Both the position numbers and the translations under genes were made by a program. A stretch of DNA of 64,000 nucleotides from NCBI RefSeq assembly GCF_009914755.1, contig NC_060935.1, one strand, 5' to 3'. Positions 17,121-28,996 of the stretch are shown in pieces (positions within the stretch are counted from its first letter, which is position 1; every line of letters starts with the position of its first letter). The notes beneath the pieces were generated by a model that was not told where the DNA came from, searched no databases, and saw nothing but the letters and a program-made list of their open reading frames with translations. The DNA comes from the human T2T-CHM13v2.0 reference genome, Homo sapiens.

Positions 17121-17214
17121 TAAAATAGGATCATCACTTCTCTTCTCAAAACCCTCCAGCAGTTTCCCATCTCAATATAAAAGCCAGTTCCTTCATGTGA
17201 CCTAAAACCTTGCT

Positions 17215-17368
17215 ACTTAAAGTAGTGGGGTCCAGGGACCAACAGCAACAGCATCACCTATGAAATTGTTAGAATGTGGAATCTCAGACTCCATTCCAGA
17301 CATCCTCAATCAGAACCTTCAAGACGCTTATATGATTCAAATGCAGTTTAAAGCTTGAGAAGCATTGT
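17215..17368. mobile_element. MER5-type hAT element
   Basis: cagcatcacctatgaaattgttagaa...aatcagaa...ttgagaagcattg. Confidence 0.65.
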
Positions 17369-17508
17369 CTTCTAATGCACTACATGACCTGGCTTCCCTT
17401 AACCTTGCCTTTCCTGCTTCTTCTGGCTCTTCCCTTGGAGGCTCCTGACCACCTTGCTGTTCCATGAGCACACCATGCACACTCTCATCTCACAGCTTTG
17501 TTCCTGTT

Positions 17509-17868
17509 TGTCTTCATCCGTTCCTGCTGCTATCACCAAATACCTTACACTGGGTAATTTATAAATAATAGAAATGTATTGCTCACAGTTCTGGAAGCTG
17601 GGAAGTCCAAGATCAAGGTGCTGGCAGCTTCGATGTCTGGTGAAGTCCTCTTCCTCATCAGTGGGGTCTTGTCACTGCATCCTCTCAGAGTGATAGCGGG
17701 GCGAAGGAGCTTGCTCAAGCCTCTTTTATGAGGGCACTAATCCCTTTCACAAGTGCGGAACCTTGTGATTTAATCACTTCCCAAAGGCCCCACCTCTAAG
17801 ACTATCACATTGGATGTTAGTTTCCAATATATGAATTTTGCAGGGACACCAACATTCAGATCATAGCC
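17509..17868 (-). mobile_element. MaLR solo LTR (MLT1A/MST type)
   Basis: ctcacagttctggaagctgggaagtccaagatcaaggtg...aacattcagatcatagc; about 360 bp. Confidence 0.8.
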
Positions 17869-18109
17869 CTGTTATACATATCCTTTCACTTTGTTTAGGT
17901 GGCTGCATAAATATCACCTTATCTAAGACGCCTTCCCTGATTTATAATTACCATCACCTGACATGTATTTATTATTTAAATTCTCTCCCCTGCCTCTTAA
18001 AACACACTGCACTGAAACCTTGGGGAGAGGAGAGGACTTGCTTTGTTCTTACTGTAGCCTCAGTGTTTGGCACCTAGGAGGTGCCCATTTGCTAAGGGAA
18101 ATGGTCTCT

Positions 18110-18645
18110 GGTCACAACATTTTTATCAGCCTATCAATATATGCCCTTGTTTTATGTGTGTTTCTGTTTAAAGATGCCTTATTTAATATATATTGTTGAT
18201 TCATTAACATTGAACTGATGGCCAACAGCACTCTAAATTACACCTAAACAAAGCCCATCTAACAGTCATATTTTCTCTATAAGGCACATCACAGCCTTCT
18301 TGCACTTAGGAACACTGGACAGCATTTTGGCTACTCTCGGGGCCATTTTAAGCAGCAAATTCACCAACAAAACACAAAAATGGGAAAAACGTAGCACTAA
18401 ATAGACCTCAAAGAAAAGGACACTTGACTTGTTTACAAAGACATGAAACACTAAGGCAGAGCTTCTCATTCAGCCTCTGCTGGAACATATGCCTTGGGGA
18501 ACTCAAATTTTTCACCATTCTCCCTGCACACTTGTCTGTGGAATGACCTAAAAATCACAAGTGTTAATTTAGGGGTTAAAAATAAGTTTTAGCAAGTAGG
18601 CAAATTTGCAAAGATGGGGAATCTGCAAATGATGAGGATCAGCTG
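18110..18645 (-). mobile_element. MER82-like TcMar-Tigger element
   Basis: Ends in agcaagtaggcaaatttgca...gaatctgcaaatgatgaggatcagctg. Confidence 0.65.
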
Positions 18646-18904
18646 TGTGTCATTTTTCAATCACTGTGTATTGAGTTTCTACTGTGTGCTCTTCTCCCAG
18701 GATTATGCAGCACTTAAACATTGATCAGTTCCTATCCATATGCCAGACCCTGTGCAAAACTCAAATAATTTAAAGATGAATTTAACAGTGTTTCAGGTAT
18801 GGCTGAGTCAGGTATTTAGCTAATCTTCAATAATAATGGGTAGGATTTTAACAGGTGAAACTGTGGAGAAAAGTACTTGGGAAGAAAGAAACTCTGAAGT
18901 CAAT

Positions 18905-19072
18905 TTCCGTAACCTTGGCTACACATTAGAATCACTTGGGAAGCTTTTAAAATGCCTCTGGCCAGGCTTCATCCAGACTAATAAAAGTAACATCTCTAGG
19001 TGGGACTTTGGCATCAATATATTTTAAATCTCCTGAGGTGATATCAATGTATATCTAAAATTGAGAGAACTG
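18905..19072. mobile_element. MER5-type hAT element
   Basis: cttggctacacattagaatcacttgggaagcttttaaaat. Confidence 0.65.
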
Positions 19073-20361
19073 CCGCTTTAAGTACCTGTGTTTGGCTGGA
19101 GAATAGGTTATGTGAGGGAAGTAAACAAATAAATCCAGAAAATAGATTTTGGTCCAGGTATTGGAAGGCTATTATTGATTTAGCACATTTGTATTCACCT
19201 GCTGTGTGCCGGGCACTCTTCTATGTGGTGGGGATACTTCAGAAAGCAAAACACAAGAATCCCGGCCCCGTTAGAGCTAACAATCGAAATGCTTTGGCAG
19301 CTGTTCAGGATGATTCATATTCCAGATTTAACTTTTTATAGTATATGATGATTTGTATTTAGAAGGAATCTTGTCCTAAAGGCTCAGAATTCTTAATTTA
19401 ATGCCTAAAATCTTACATCACCTTTTGATATGTATAGAACTCTAAAGAAAAGTTTTGTTATAAACTTTTGTGCTAATCTCACTGAGTGTTTTCTAACACA
19501 GCAGTTCCTTTTTTTTTCTAGCCTTTTGCACAGCAGCACACTTGTCTAAAATCAGTAGTATGCAGTTATTTAAAATCAGTAGTGTGAGGCCATTGGAAAT
19601 TATAACTCAAGCTTTTCATTTTCCCATCTTACAAGAACACTGATGTAGAAAGAAGTATTTTCTACATTGATTCTTAATAAGAGTTTATGTTGAGAGCAAA
19701 CCTAAAATTTACAAAGTACTTTTCTTGGGTCATAGTGGGTTTGCAGCTCGTTTTGGATTATTTCCCATATACCATATTTTATTTTTTTTCCTGAATTCCT
19801 GTACAAGCATGGTAATATGTTGTTTACACACTCTTATGGACTCTTAATAAAAACAGACCTAAACACATAACTCTGTTTTAATTCTGATGCAATTATCCTT
19901 TGTAGTCTATCTGTCCATTTCACTTTTTAACAATGCTTTGGTCAAGCAGTTTTTAATTAGTTTCCTAAGTAAATTATTTAACACTTAAAGAAGAACAAGA
20001 CATGCACGTATCCTCATTTGGTACAAGCAGCCTAAAGATATGATTGTGCAGATGAGCAGCACATACCAGGTGGTGGCTGAGGATGTCAGAGAGCGTGGCA
20101 TCCGAAGGAGAGATGAGATGACGTCTGACCAGGCTTTGATGGTGATATTGTGAATATTCTTACCATACAGTGTCATTAAACTACCATCAGTTATTTTATA
20201 ATTTCAAGATATCTTATGTAGACATTTTCTTTTGTATAAAATACGCATTTTTGGTCATCTTTTTCTGACAATTTCAGTTATACTTAATATAACCACGAGT
20301 GTATTTTGTTAACATGAGTGATAATCAATCATGTGCCTTCTGCTTTTAAAAAAAAATCATA

Positions 20362-21074
20362 CGTAGTCCTCCCTTATCCTCGAAGGATATGTTCCACCAC
20401 CCACAGTGGATGCCTGGAACTGTGGCATACATATATATACAAATGGTCCCCAATTGATGGTTGTTCACCTTAAGATTTTCAACTTCATGATGGTGCGAAA
20501 GCCACATGCACTTGCTAGAAACTGTACTTCAAGTACACAGATACCATTCAAGTGTTTTTCACTTTCAGTACAATAAATTACATGAGATAATCAACCTTTA
20601 TTATAAACTGGGCTTTGTGTTAGATGATGTTGCCCAAGTGTAACTTAATGTTAGTGTTCTGAGTACATTTAAGGTAGGCCAGGATAAGCTACGATACTCA
20701 GTATGTTTAAATGCATTTTCAACTGATGATATTTTCAACTTAAGATGGGTTTGTCAAGACATAACCCCATTGTAAATCAAGGTGTATCTATACTACATTT
20801 TTTCATTTCTCCTCTAGCCAGCTAACAGGCAGGTGGGGTCTATAGTGTGGACACACTGGACAAAGGGATAATGCACATCCTGGGTGCCACAGAGCAAGTG
20901 GGCAGTAGATTTTCTTATACTGCTCAGAACGGCACACAATTAAAAATGTATTAATTTATTGTTTATTTCTGGAATTGTTTATTTCTGGAATTTTGCATTT
21001 AATATTTTCAGACCGTAGTTGACTGTGGGTAACTGAAACTGAGGAAAGTGAAATGTAGATAAGGGGGACTACCG
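20362..21074 (+). mobile_element. MER44-like Tigger element containing a nested MER47-like element (20440-20790)
   Basis: Outer TIRs GTAGTCCTCCCTTATC and GATAAGGGGGACTAC. The inner element starts CAAATGGTCCCC after a TA run and ends in ...GTATCTA|TA. Confidence 0.72.
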
Positions 21075-23019
21075 AATGTCCTCTTTGACTCATGAGTTTT
21101 CTCTTCCCATACACTAGCTGCCTCAGAACCTATTACATCAGCACTTTGGATGTCATTTGCATTCCTTGTACTTTTCTAAAATTCCTCATTCCGTGAGTAT
21201 TTACAGGGTTTGTAGGAATTGAAGATAATCTTTTTTAAGAGCTATTTGCTTAATGAATTTTTTAAAAAACACTAAATGGGAAACTAATCCCTGGAAAATA
21301 TTGGATGAAGTCCTGGGATATGAGTTATATTTTCATTTAAAATGAATGTAGAAGAGTTTCTTTGTCTTTAGACCAGTGGAAAGGAATGCTGTTTTTGTGG
21401 ATTTATTTTGTATTTGTTTCTGGTTCCTAAACAGAATTGAAGGTTATCTACTCTTGATGACATAAGACGGAAAGATTTTCATAAACCTTAAGAATTTTGA
21501 CTTTGAGGAGCATTATCTTTCTTGTGACTGAATTTTTTTCTTCTTTTTTGAACTTAATCCCCTCAAATGTGTTAGACAAGTGGTCTGATTAGAGTTAATT
21601 CATACAGTTTTTATTACCCTTTATTTTTCTTAGTAGTTCTTTATAACAAAACTCTTTTTATTCTTGAGTATTGTTGGAGTTTGAGGGGTCTTTTTCCTGC
21701 CTTATTTCTCAACCAATTGAGAAACAGACAAAGGAGCCAAGCACATGGAGATCAAAATAGCAGCCCTTTCCATCCATAGAACTATTGGAGAGAAGGTGAT
21801 TTAAGAGAACAGCATAAAGAGCTTAGTAACACTGAACCCCAGAATTATATTTAACCATCCAGTCCCAGGCCATGCTGGAGGGCAAAGCACCCAAGTGTTT
21901 TCTGCCTGTGGGCAGATCTCAAAGAGAAATGTGCAGTTGAAAAGGACTGGTCCTTACAGACTTACCCATCAAAGTCATCCTCAAGTGGGGAGGCAGAAGC
22001 TGCAGTGGAACTTCCGCAGGTGCAGCTCTAGTTGGGAAGAGAATCCAGAGGAGACTGCGGGAAAAGACCCTTCATCACTGGGAGTCTTGAGCTTCTTTGA
22101 ATGTTGGAAGCAGCCCCAGTGGCAGTATCAGGGCTACAAGAACTTTGCCAATGGCCGAGGGCTCTGATAAACCCACCCTGTCACAGGGAGAAATAAAGAC
22201 TAGCAGAGCAGCATTTTTGTTCTTGTGAATGCCTGCATTCAAATTTGCAGGGGTCTATTTTTTTTTTATTGGTCGATTTTTCACTTGAAGATCTTCTAGA
22301 GATCAGCACACTGCTGCATGCCATATTGGTTGTACTATGTAGATTATGGGAGAATGAATGGTTCTGCTCTCAAGAAGCCTACATCCTGGTTCATAAATAA
22401 ATGCTAAATTGTACTGTACACACTATTCATGTTACAGAAGTTTGAAGGAATTGGAAAGCAATAAAAACTGAACTAGTCCAAGAAGGCTTTATGGAAAAAA
22501 TAAGTCTTGAGCTGGGCTTAGAACAATAGATAAGAACTGGATAGGTGAGGCTGTAGTGCAAGACAACACTTAAGGCAAAGAGACATCTGTGCCCTCACTT
22601 TTGCTGTCCCTTCACCTTAAGTGGGAAATTAGATTACAGGGCCAGAGGAGGCCCTGTTTGTAGATGGAGCCTCGAAAACAAAACAAAGCAGAGGACCAGA
22701 GACTTGTGATTTGCAGCTGAGATTTTTTTTTTTTTTAAGCAGAAGAGTGATGTCATTGAAAATTACTTTGGCAGGGAGGTACCTAAGGGATATTCAAGGA
22801 AGGAGATAAATTAAGATAATCTCAGCCTGGGGGAATAAATGCTTAGCCTAAGGGATGCTCATGGCCATGGGAATGAGAAAATTGAGAAGAGAAAAATAAT
22901 CAAGAATTGATTAACTGGATCTTCAGTATGTATTAAATGAATGAAACAATTGAGAAATAGACAAAGGTGTCTATGAGGTTTTAAGAATGCACTGTTGCAA
23001 CAATGATAGCTACTCTTAA

Positions 23020-23511
<492 letters not shown>

Positions 23512-23529
23512 TAATGTGTTTAATGTCCT

Positions 23530-23960
23530 TCTGTACTGGGTGTCTGATGTTCTGTCCACCTAGCATTTTCCTGCTCTGCTTCTGTTACTATCACCCCACC
23601 TAAGGAATGCCCCGCCACCATCTCCTTACGGCCTGACAGGGCAGCCCATCATGGCCCCACGTACATCTGGCCACAGTACTAGGGCAAACGGGTGAGTAAC
23701 ATGACTTCAGCTGTGCTCATCAGATTCTCTGTCTCAGGAATTTGAACCTTGAATGGAGAACACAAGGTCAGAGAACATAGTGCTGAATCATCAGAGAGAG
23801 ATAGTCTAGAAGGTCTGCAAATGAAACCCGGGGTTTAGTCCTCATCTCTGACCTGAAGGCTTGAATGTTGAGTTCTCTTTCTGACCCTGAGAGCTCCTTC
23901 GTGTTCTTCCAGTAAATGTCCCAAGCCCTTTCTCAAAAGGCCTGTTTTTCTTGCTGATGA
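23530..23960 (+). mobile_element. Old ERVL-type LTR (LTR16-like)
   Basis: atcagattctctgtctcaggaatttgaa motif and agtaaat...ccc 3' region. Confidence 0.45.
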
Positions 23961-24102
23961 ATAGTAAATTGATATGCATCTATTATTTTTATTTACCTAT
24001 TGGTAGTTGCTTAGTATTTTTAGGAGCAAATATGATTTACAAAAAAACATGAGTTCTGATACAATTTCTTTTAGGATTTGAATAGGAAAAGTAGTTGTTG
24101 TT

Positions 24103-24408
24103 TTCTTCTTCTTCTTTTTTTTTTTTTTTTTTGAGATGAGGTCTCACTCTGTTGCCCAGGCTGGAGTGCAACTCCAGCTCACTGTAGCCTTGAACTCCTG
24201 GGCTCAAGTGATCCTCCTGCCTCAGCCTTCCAAGTAGCTAGAACTACAGGCATGTGCCACTATGCCTGGCTAATCTTTTATTTTTTATTTTTGAGATACA
24301 GGATCTCCCTATGTTGCCTGGGCTGGTCTTTAACTCCTGGGCTCAAGCAGTCCTCCTGCCTCAGCCTCCTAAAGTGCTGGGATTATAGGTGTGAGCCACT
24401 GCACCCAG
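24103..24408 (-). mobile_element. AluJ-like
   Basis: Antisense dimer with (CTT)n/T tail. Confidence 0.9.
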
Positions 24409-25503
24409 TTGTTTTTCTTTCTTATTATTAAAATACCAACAGTTTACTTAATGGCTATGGAGGTAACTATATCATGGTGATAATTTTAATCTACCTTCCC
24501 CTCAGCCCCCACTTCCAGTAATGAGATTAATGTTAACAGTAAGAAATGGCAGAGATGGCCATGTTACTGGAGGAAGTATGAGCAGAAAATGTGTTTGGAA
24601 CTTTTTTCATTTGCACTGCATGTTCCAATAATGCTACTTTCATTGATTTTTGTTGTCTTCCTTATTGGTTAATAATATTAGTTATTTTCTACCCAATATT
24701 CATATTTTAATGAATAAATACACTAATATTAATGTACTTTTTCTACCCCATATTAATACTTCTCTATGAGCTTTATTTTATATAAAGTTATTTATATTTG
24801 ATGATTTATTTTAAACATATGATCTTGATTACAGTTGAGATCTTTTTTCTTACAGTTAATGTTAAATATAAAGGTATATTTTTCCAGAAGTTACTTTGGG
24901 TGGATTGTATTCAGGGCTGGCTTCAAATATGGGCTAATGTTGGGACTTTCGGCGTCTGCCTCTTCTCTGAAAAGTGGCATGGTTTCATGGACAGAAAGGA
25001 ATTAGGAGAATGTCTAACGCTTTCAACAGTACTTTCTGGAATGGGCATGTCTCAGATGTTTATCAGGTTCTTGATACATTTGACCCTACGACTTTCTGTT
25101 AACCAGTGCTCCCTATATCTACAGCAATTTATTTGTCTTTAATTCATACAGGCAATATTCTTAGCATTGTTTTGTGGTTTAAAGTTAGTCTTTAACACTT
25201 TTCAAATAGCACTCAGAAGAGTAGCTTTCTACAAGAGAGCTCATGGCCTGTCTGACTTCCTAAATATAATAACTCATAGATACTAGAGTTAATGCCTATT
25301 TGATTTTTTACTCTATTCTTTTACACTATGTGTGTGAATTAGCTTTTGTTGTTGGTGGTGGTGGTGGTTGCTTCTTTTTTTAACACTCAAAAATAATAGT
25401 TTTTGGTTAAAATTTTAATTTCAACGTTTTGGGGACAGTTGGGAAAATCTGATATAATAATCTTACTTCCATGGTGTTATCATTAGGATCAAAAGAAATT
25501 ATA

Positions 25504-25800
25504 GGCTGGGCGTGGTGGCTCATGCCTGTAATTCAAGCACTTTGGGAGGCAGAGGTGGGCAGATCACATGAGGCCAGGAGTTTGAGACCAGCCTGGGCAA
25601 CATGGTGAAACCCCATCTCTACTAAAAAATACAAAAATTAGCTGGGCGTGGTGGCTGGGGCTTGTAGTCCCAGCTACTTCGGAGGCGGAAGCTTGAGAAT
25701 CCCTTGAAGCTGGGAGGTGGAGGTTGCACTAAGCTGAGATTGTGCCACTGTACTCCAGCCTGGACAACACAGTGAGACTCTCTCTCAAAAAAAAAAAAAA
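25504..25800 (+). mobile_element. AluS-like
   Basis: Sense dimer with poly-A. Confidence 0.92.
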
Positions 25801-28559
25801 GAGAGATTACATATTAAAGAGAGTGGTCCCAGGAAGTGAACTCAGATCACTGCTGGCAAAGATAATTGATGCCATACCCCCACATCAAAGCTTACTTGTT
25901 TCACATTCATACGTCAGAAAAAGTACAAGCCCCTCTCAAATGGTTCAAGTTTCAAATATTAGACCCACCCTTGGCAAAGACAGATTTTAGTATAATACTC
26001 CTAAAACTACACTGTCTTTTTTTTTTTTCTGTCATAAGTGTGCATTGTGCTCAGTCATTTATTTCAGTGACCCAAACAGAGCCCAGTCCAGCTGTTTGTA
26101 TTTTCCCTGCAGTGGGAAGTGGACTAGGGCCATGTGACTAAGAAAGCCAGCCTGGGGGCTGTCTTTTCACCTACAGATGTTTTAATGTGCTTAACATTAT
26201 CCAATACTAGCAACCGAGATAGTCTAAATACCACAGCAGGATCTGATTAGCTTTTTCAGATCACTGCCTTTATTTGCTGTTTGCAAAAAAGCTTAATCCA
26301 GTGCTAGAGATCAGGCTTCCTGCTGAGCCCTGGGGTAGTTTCTCTCATTCTTTGTGTTCACAGTGGCAGGCGTTAGTGAGCAGATTCCTCCTCCTCCTAA
26401 ATTAAAGCTGTAAAGTAGTAACTGTAGTAGCAAGGGATAAAGAGAAGGAAGAAAACCCAAGGGAAAAAAGAAGACTGTCTATTCATACCAAGTAGTTTCC
26501 TTGATATACACAAAAGAAAGAGTTTCTAATATGAATTCATAAATACTGACCTCAGTGTCTCTTCTACTCAGTGCACAGCTATTAAGTTTTATTAGGTTTC
26601 AGTTGTAACTACTTTGTGTGGATATATGTTACGTTTTTCATATTTATCCTACTCAATCAATCTCAGTTTTACCAGAAGAATTACATTTATTAGCCATAAC
26701 AGTGGCCCTTCTCTTATTCTTTTCAGGGCTGATATCTTTTTTACTCATGAGATTTCAAAAAGAACTATCACCACCACTAACAAAAAAAAAAAAAAAAAAA
26801 AAAGAGATAAAGTCTTTCTTCATTTCTGGGACATCCATTTGCTTACCCAATATGTGACATTTGAATTCTGTGTAATTTACATTGTAATTTGCAATAAGCG
26901 AGAATACTAGAGATGCTTTATCTTGATCTTTGATGGGTTTATGAAATGAGACCATCGCCTTAACTATTTCAGTAATATTGCTATAACCCTTAGCAGAAGA
27001 AAGAATAGGTCTTACTTTAGAAATTAGTTTGTCATTCAGAACCTAGTAATTATATTTAGTTCAAAAATATTTTCACTGATTTTTAAATTTCCTACCATTT
27101 TTAGAATGGCATACATCAATAAAATATTGGAACTCTCTTGAGGAAATATCTGTAAACAAATGATGATCTGTAATATGGTACTTTATCTTTTAGTTTTCTT
27201 TCTGGAAACAATAATAATTTTCAGTTTTTAGTAGGCAGAAGGAGTGTTTTCAGTGCGATAACTGAAACATCTTAACCATGTAGATCTTCTTATTTTGTAA
27301 ATAGAGACGATCTCATTTGCATTTGAGTAGGCACAATAAGGACAAGGCCAGGAGTCCCAAACTAGTGTTACTTTTTTCCAACTATTCACAAATGATCCTA
27401 ATTGTGTGTAGCTTCTGTATTTGTGTATAAAAGGAGATTGATTTTGATTGTTTTGGGTACTTTTTATATCTTTAGAATTCATGATCATATAATGAAAAAG
27501 TCTAGGCTCTGCATAAATCAGCCTATAGCAGAAAATTGTATGTAAAGAGCAGTTCTTTGCCTTCACTGTTTTAATTTGCACTGGAATGAAAAGGGAATGT
27601 GCGTGCTTGTGTTCTACATCACGTAAGTAAATAGTAGAACAGCTATAGATTTCCTTTTTCTTTAGTAGGGAAATATCCTTACAATGCCTTATAGTATTTA
27701 CATTTTGATTGATTTTTTTTTGTTCATAATCAGAGGCCACTCCAAGTATAACTTACGCAGCCCACAAAAGCAAGTAGTACATAGTATTATACATATTGCA
27801 GCCTGAAACTTTGAAATAAATCTGGGATAACAAGTTTACTCACGAAAGGGGCTTATTTTTATATACTTTATACACTACAAAAAATCATAGTATTTATAAT
27901 GTTAACTTGTTCCTGAGCTGAAATTTGAGTATTACATCTTACAAATTTTATGAAATACAGATACTTTTAAACAGTTATGTTGTATATTAAAATATAATGA
28001 AAGACTTTGCTTCTCTTTAATTACGTGGTTAACTAGTATCCATAGTAAAAAAAATTTTACACTGCTATTGGCATACATAGGATAGGTTATTCTGATGATT
28101 TTAAGTTGAAGTTAAATAATTCTGTCTAAATCTACAGTTTAGGTGACTCATTTGGCACAAAGTTAGACAGAACTTTTGTTTTATCTACACTTTCAGTGAA
28201 TTTTTAAAAATCAGTTCTATTTGTGATCTCTTAAGTCTTTTTCTTTTGCAATTGTATTTTCATCATCTCTTCTTTTTGTTTTCTTGTCTTGCAACAAATT
28301 AACAAATACTTAAAACTACACATTTTCCACTATTTCCAGGGAAATAGTTTGACTATACCCTTCTGTCTCATTTCACCAGTAACTCATTTATTAAAGACAG
28401 GGATTACTGCAATAGTTAATTGCTACTTTGACACACTTCATTTTCTTTAATAAAAATGAAAAGCTAATAGACTACAGTATAGCCTCAACTTTTTGGAAAC
28501 ATGCAACTTTTACTACTTTAAAATATAATTGGTTTCTTTGTTTCGTGCATTAAAAACAA

Positions 28560-28972
28560 GGAGGAAAAACTGAAGTCTGCCCAAGCCAGGTGTTTCTTGT
28601 TGGCAGCCTGCTCTCTAATGACTCCGCTCTCATAGAGCAGCTGCCTACTAGTCAGCTTTGTATGGCCTATTGTTGCTGCACACCCCTCGTTAATACACAT
28701 GCTGCCCGGGGCAGACCCTGCGAATGACATCAGCTTGCTTATCTTAGAAACCTACGAACCTGACGCAGGGTGCTGAGGTTGTCTTGCATCTGCCCGGCCA
28801 ACTAATTGTGAGCTTTCTGGCCTATGATTGGCTGTTATTCCACTCGGTAATAGGTTAAGCAAAGACATTACCATTCCATCTGTTCAACCATTCATTGTTC
28901 TTCTTGCCTGCCTGGAAGTCTGCAGCTAAAATTGTGTTAAGGAGTTTACTGCTGAAGCTGCTACAGAAACCA
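28560..28972 (+). promoter_or_regulatory. Candidate internal promoter and 5'UTR for the alternative first exon
   Basis: Repeat-free block with locally higher GC and CpG content. Motifs: inverted CCAAT in NF-Y context (ATGATTGGCTG, ATTGG at 28827-28831), TGACGCA at 28761, TGACATCA at 28725, AP-2-type GCCCGGGGC at 28704, E-box CAGCTG near 28638. Confidence 0.55.
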
Positions 28973-28996
28973 ATGTCTTTGTATTTTCCTGCTAAC
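28973..28996 (+). CDS. ZC3H12C: Candidate alternative first coding exon (MSLYFPAN)
   Basis: ATG TCT TTG TAT TTT CCT GCT AAC is followed by a strong donor GTGAGT at 28997. Phase 0 matches the exon at 34557 and would give an 884-aa product. Promoter-like motifs lie just upstream. Confidence 0.7.

Noticed and set aside
26782-26803. Orphan A22 tract suggesting a processed pseudogene; also A24 at 52702-52725
   Set aside because: No adjacent poly(A) signal, convincing TSD or recognisable parent gene. The second tract lies in an A-rich L1 remnant. Both may cause oligo-dT internal priming artefacts.
27228-27740. 170-aa minus-strand ORF
   Set aside because: Non-ATG start, AT-rich composition, and no recognisable domain; likely chance.
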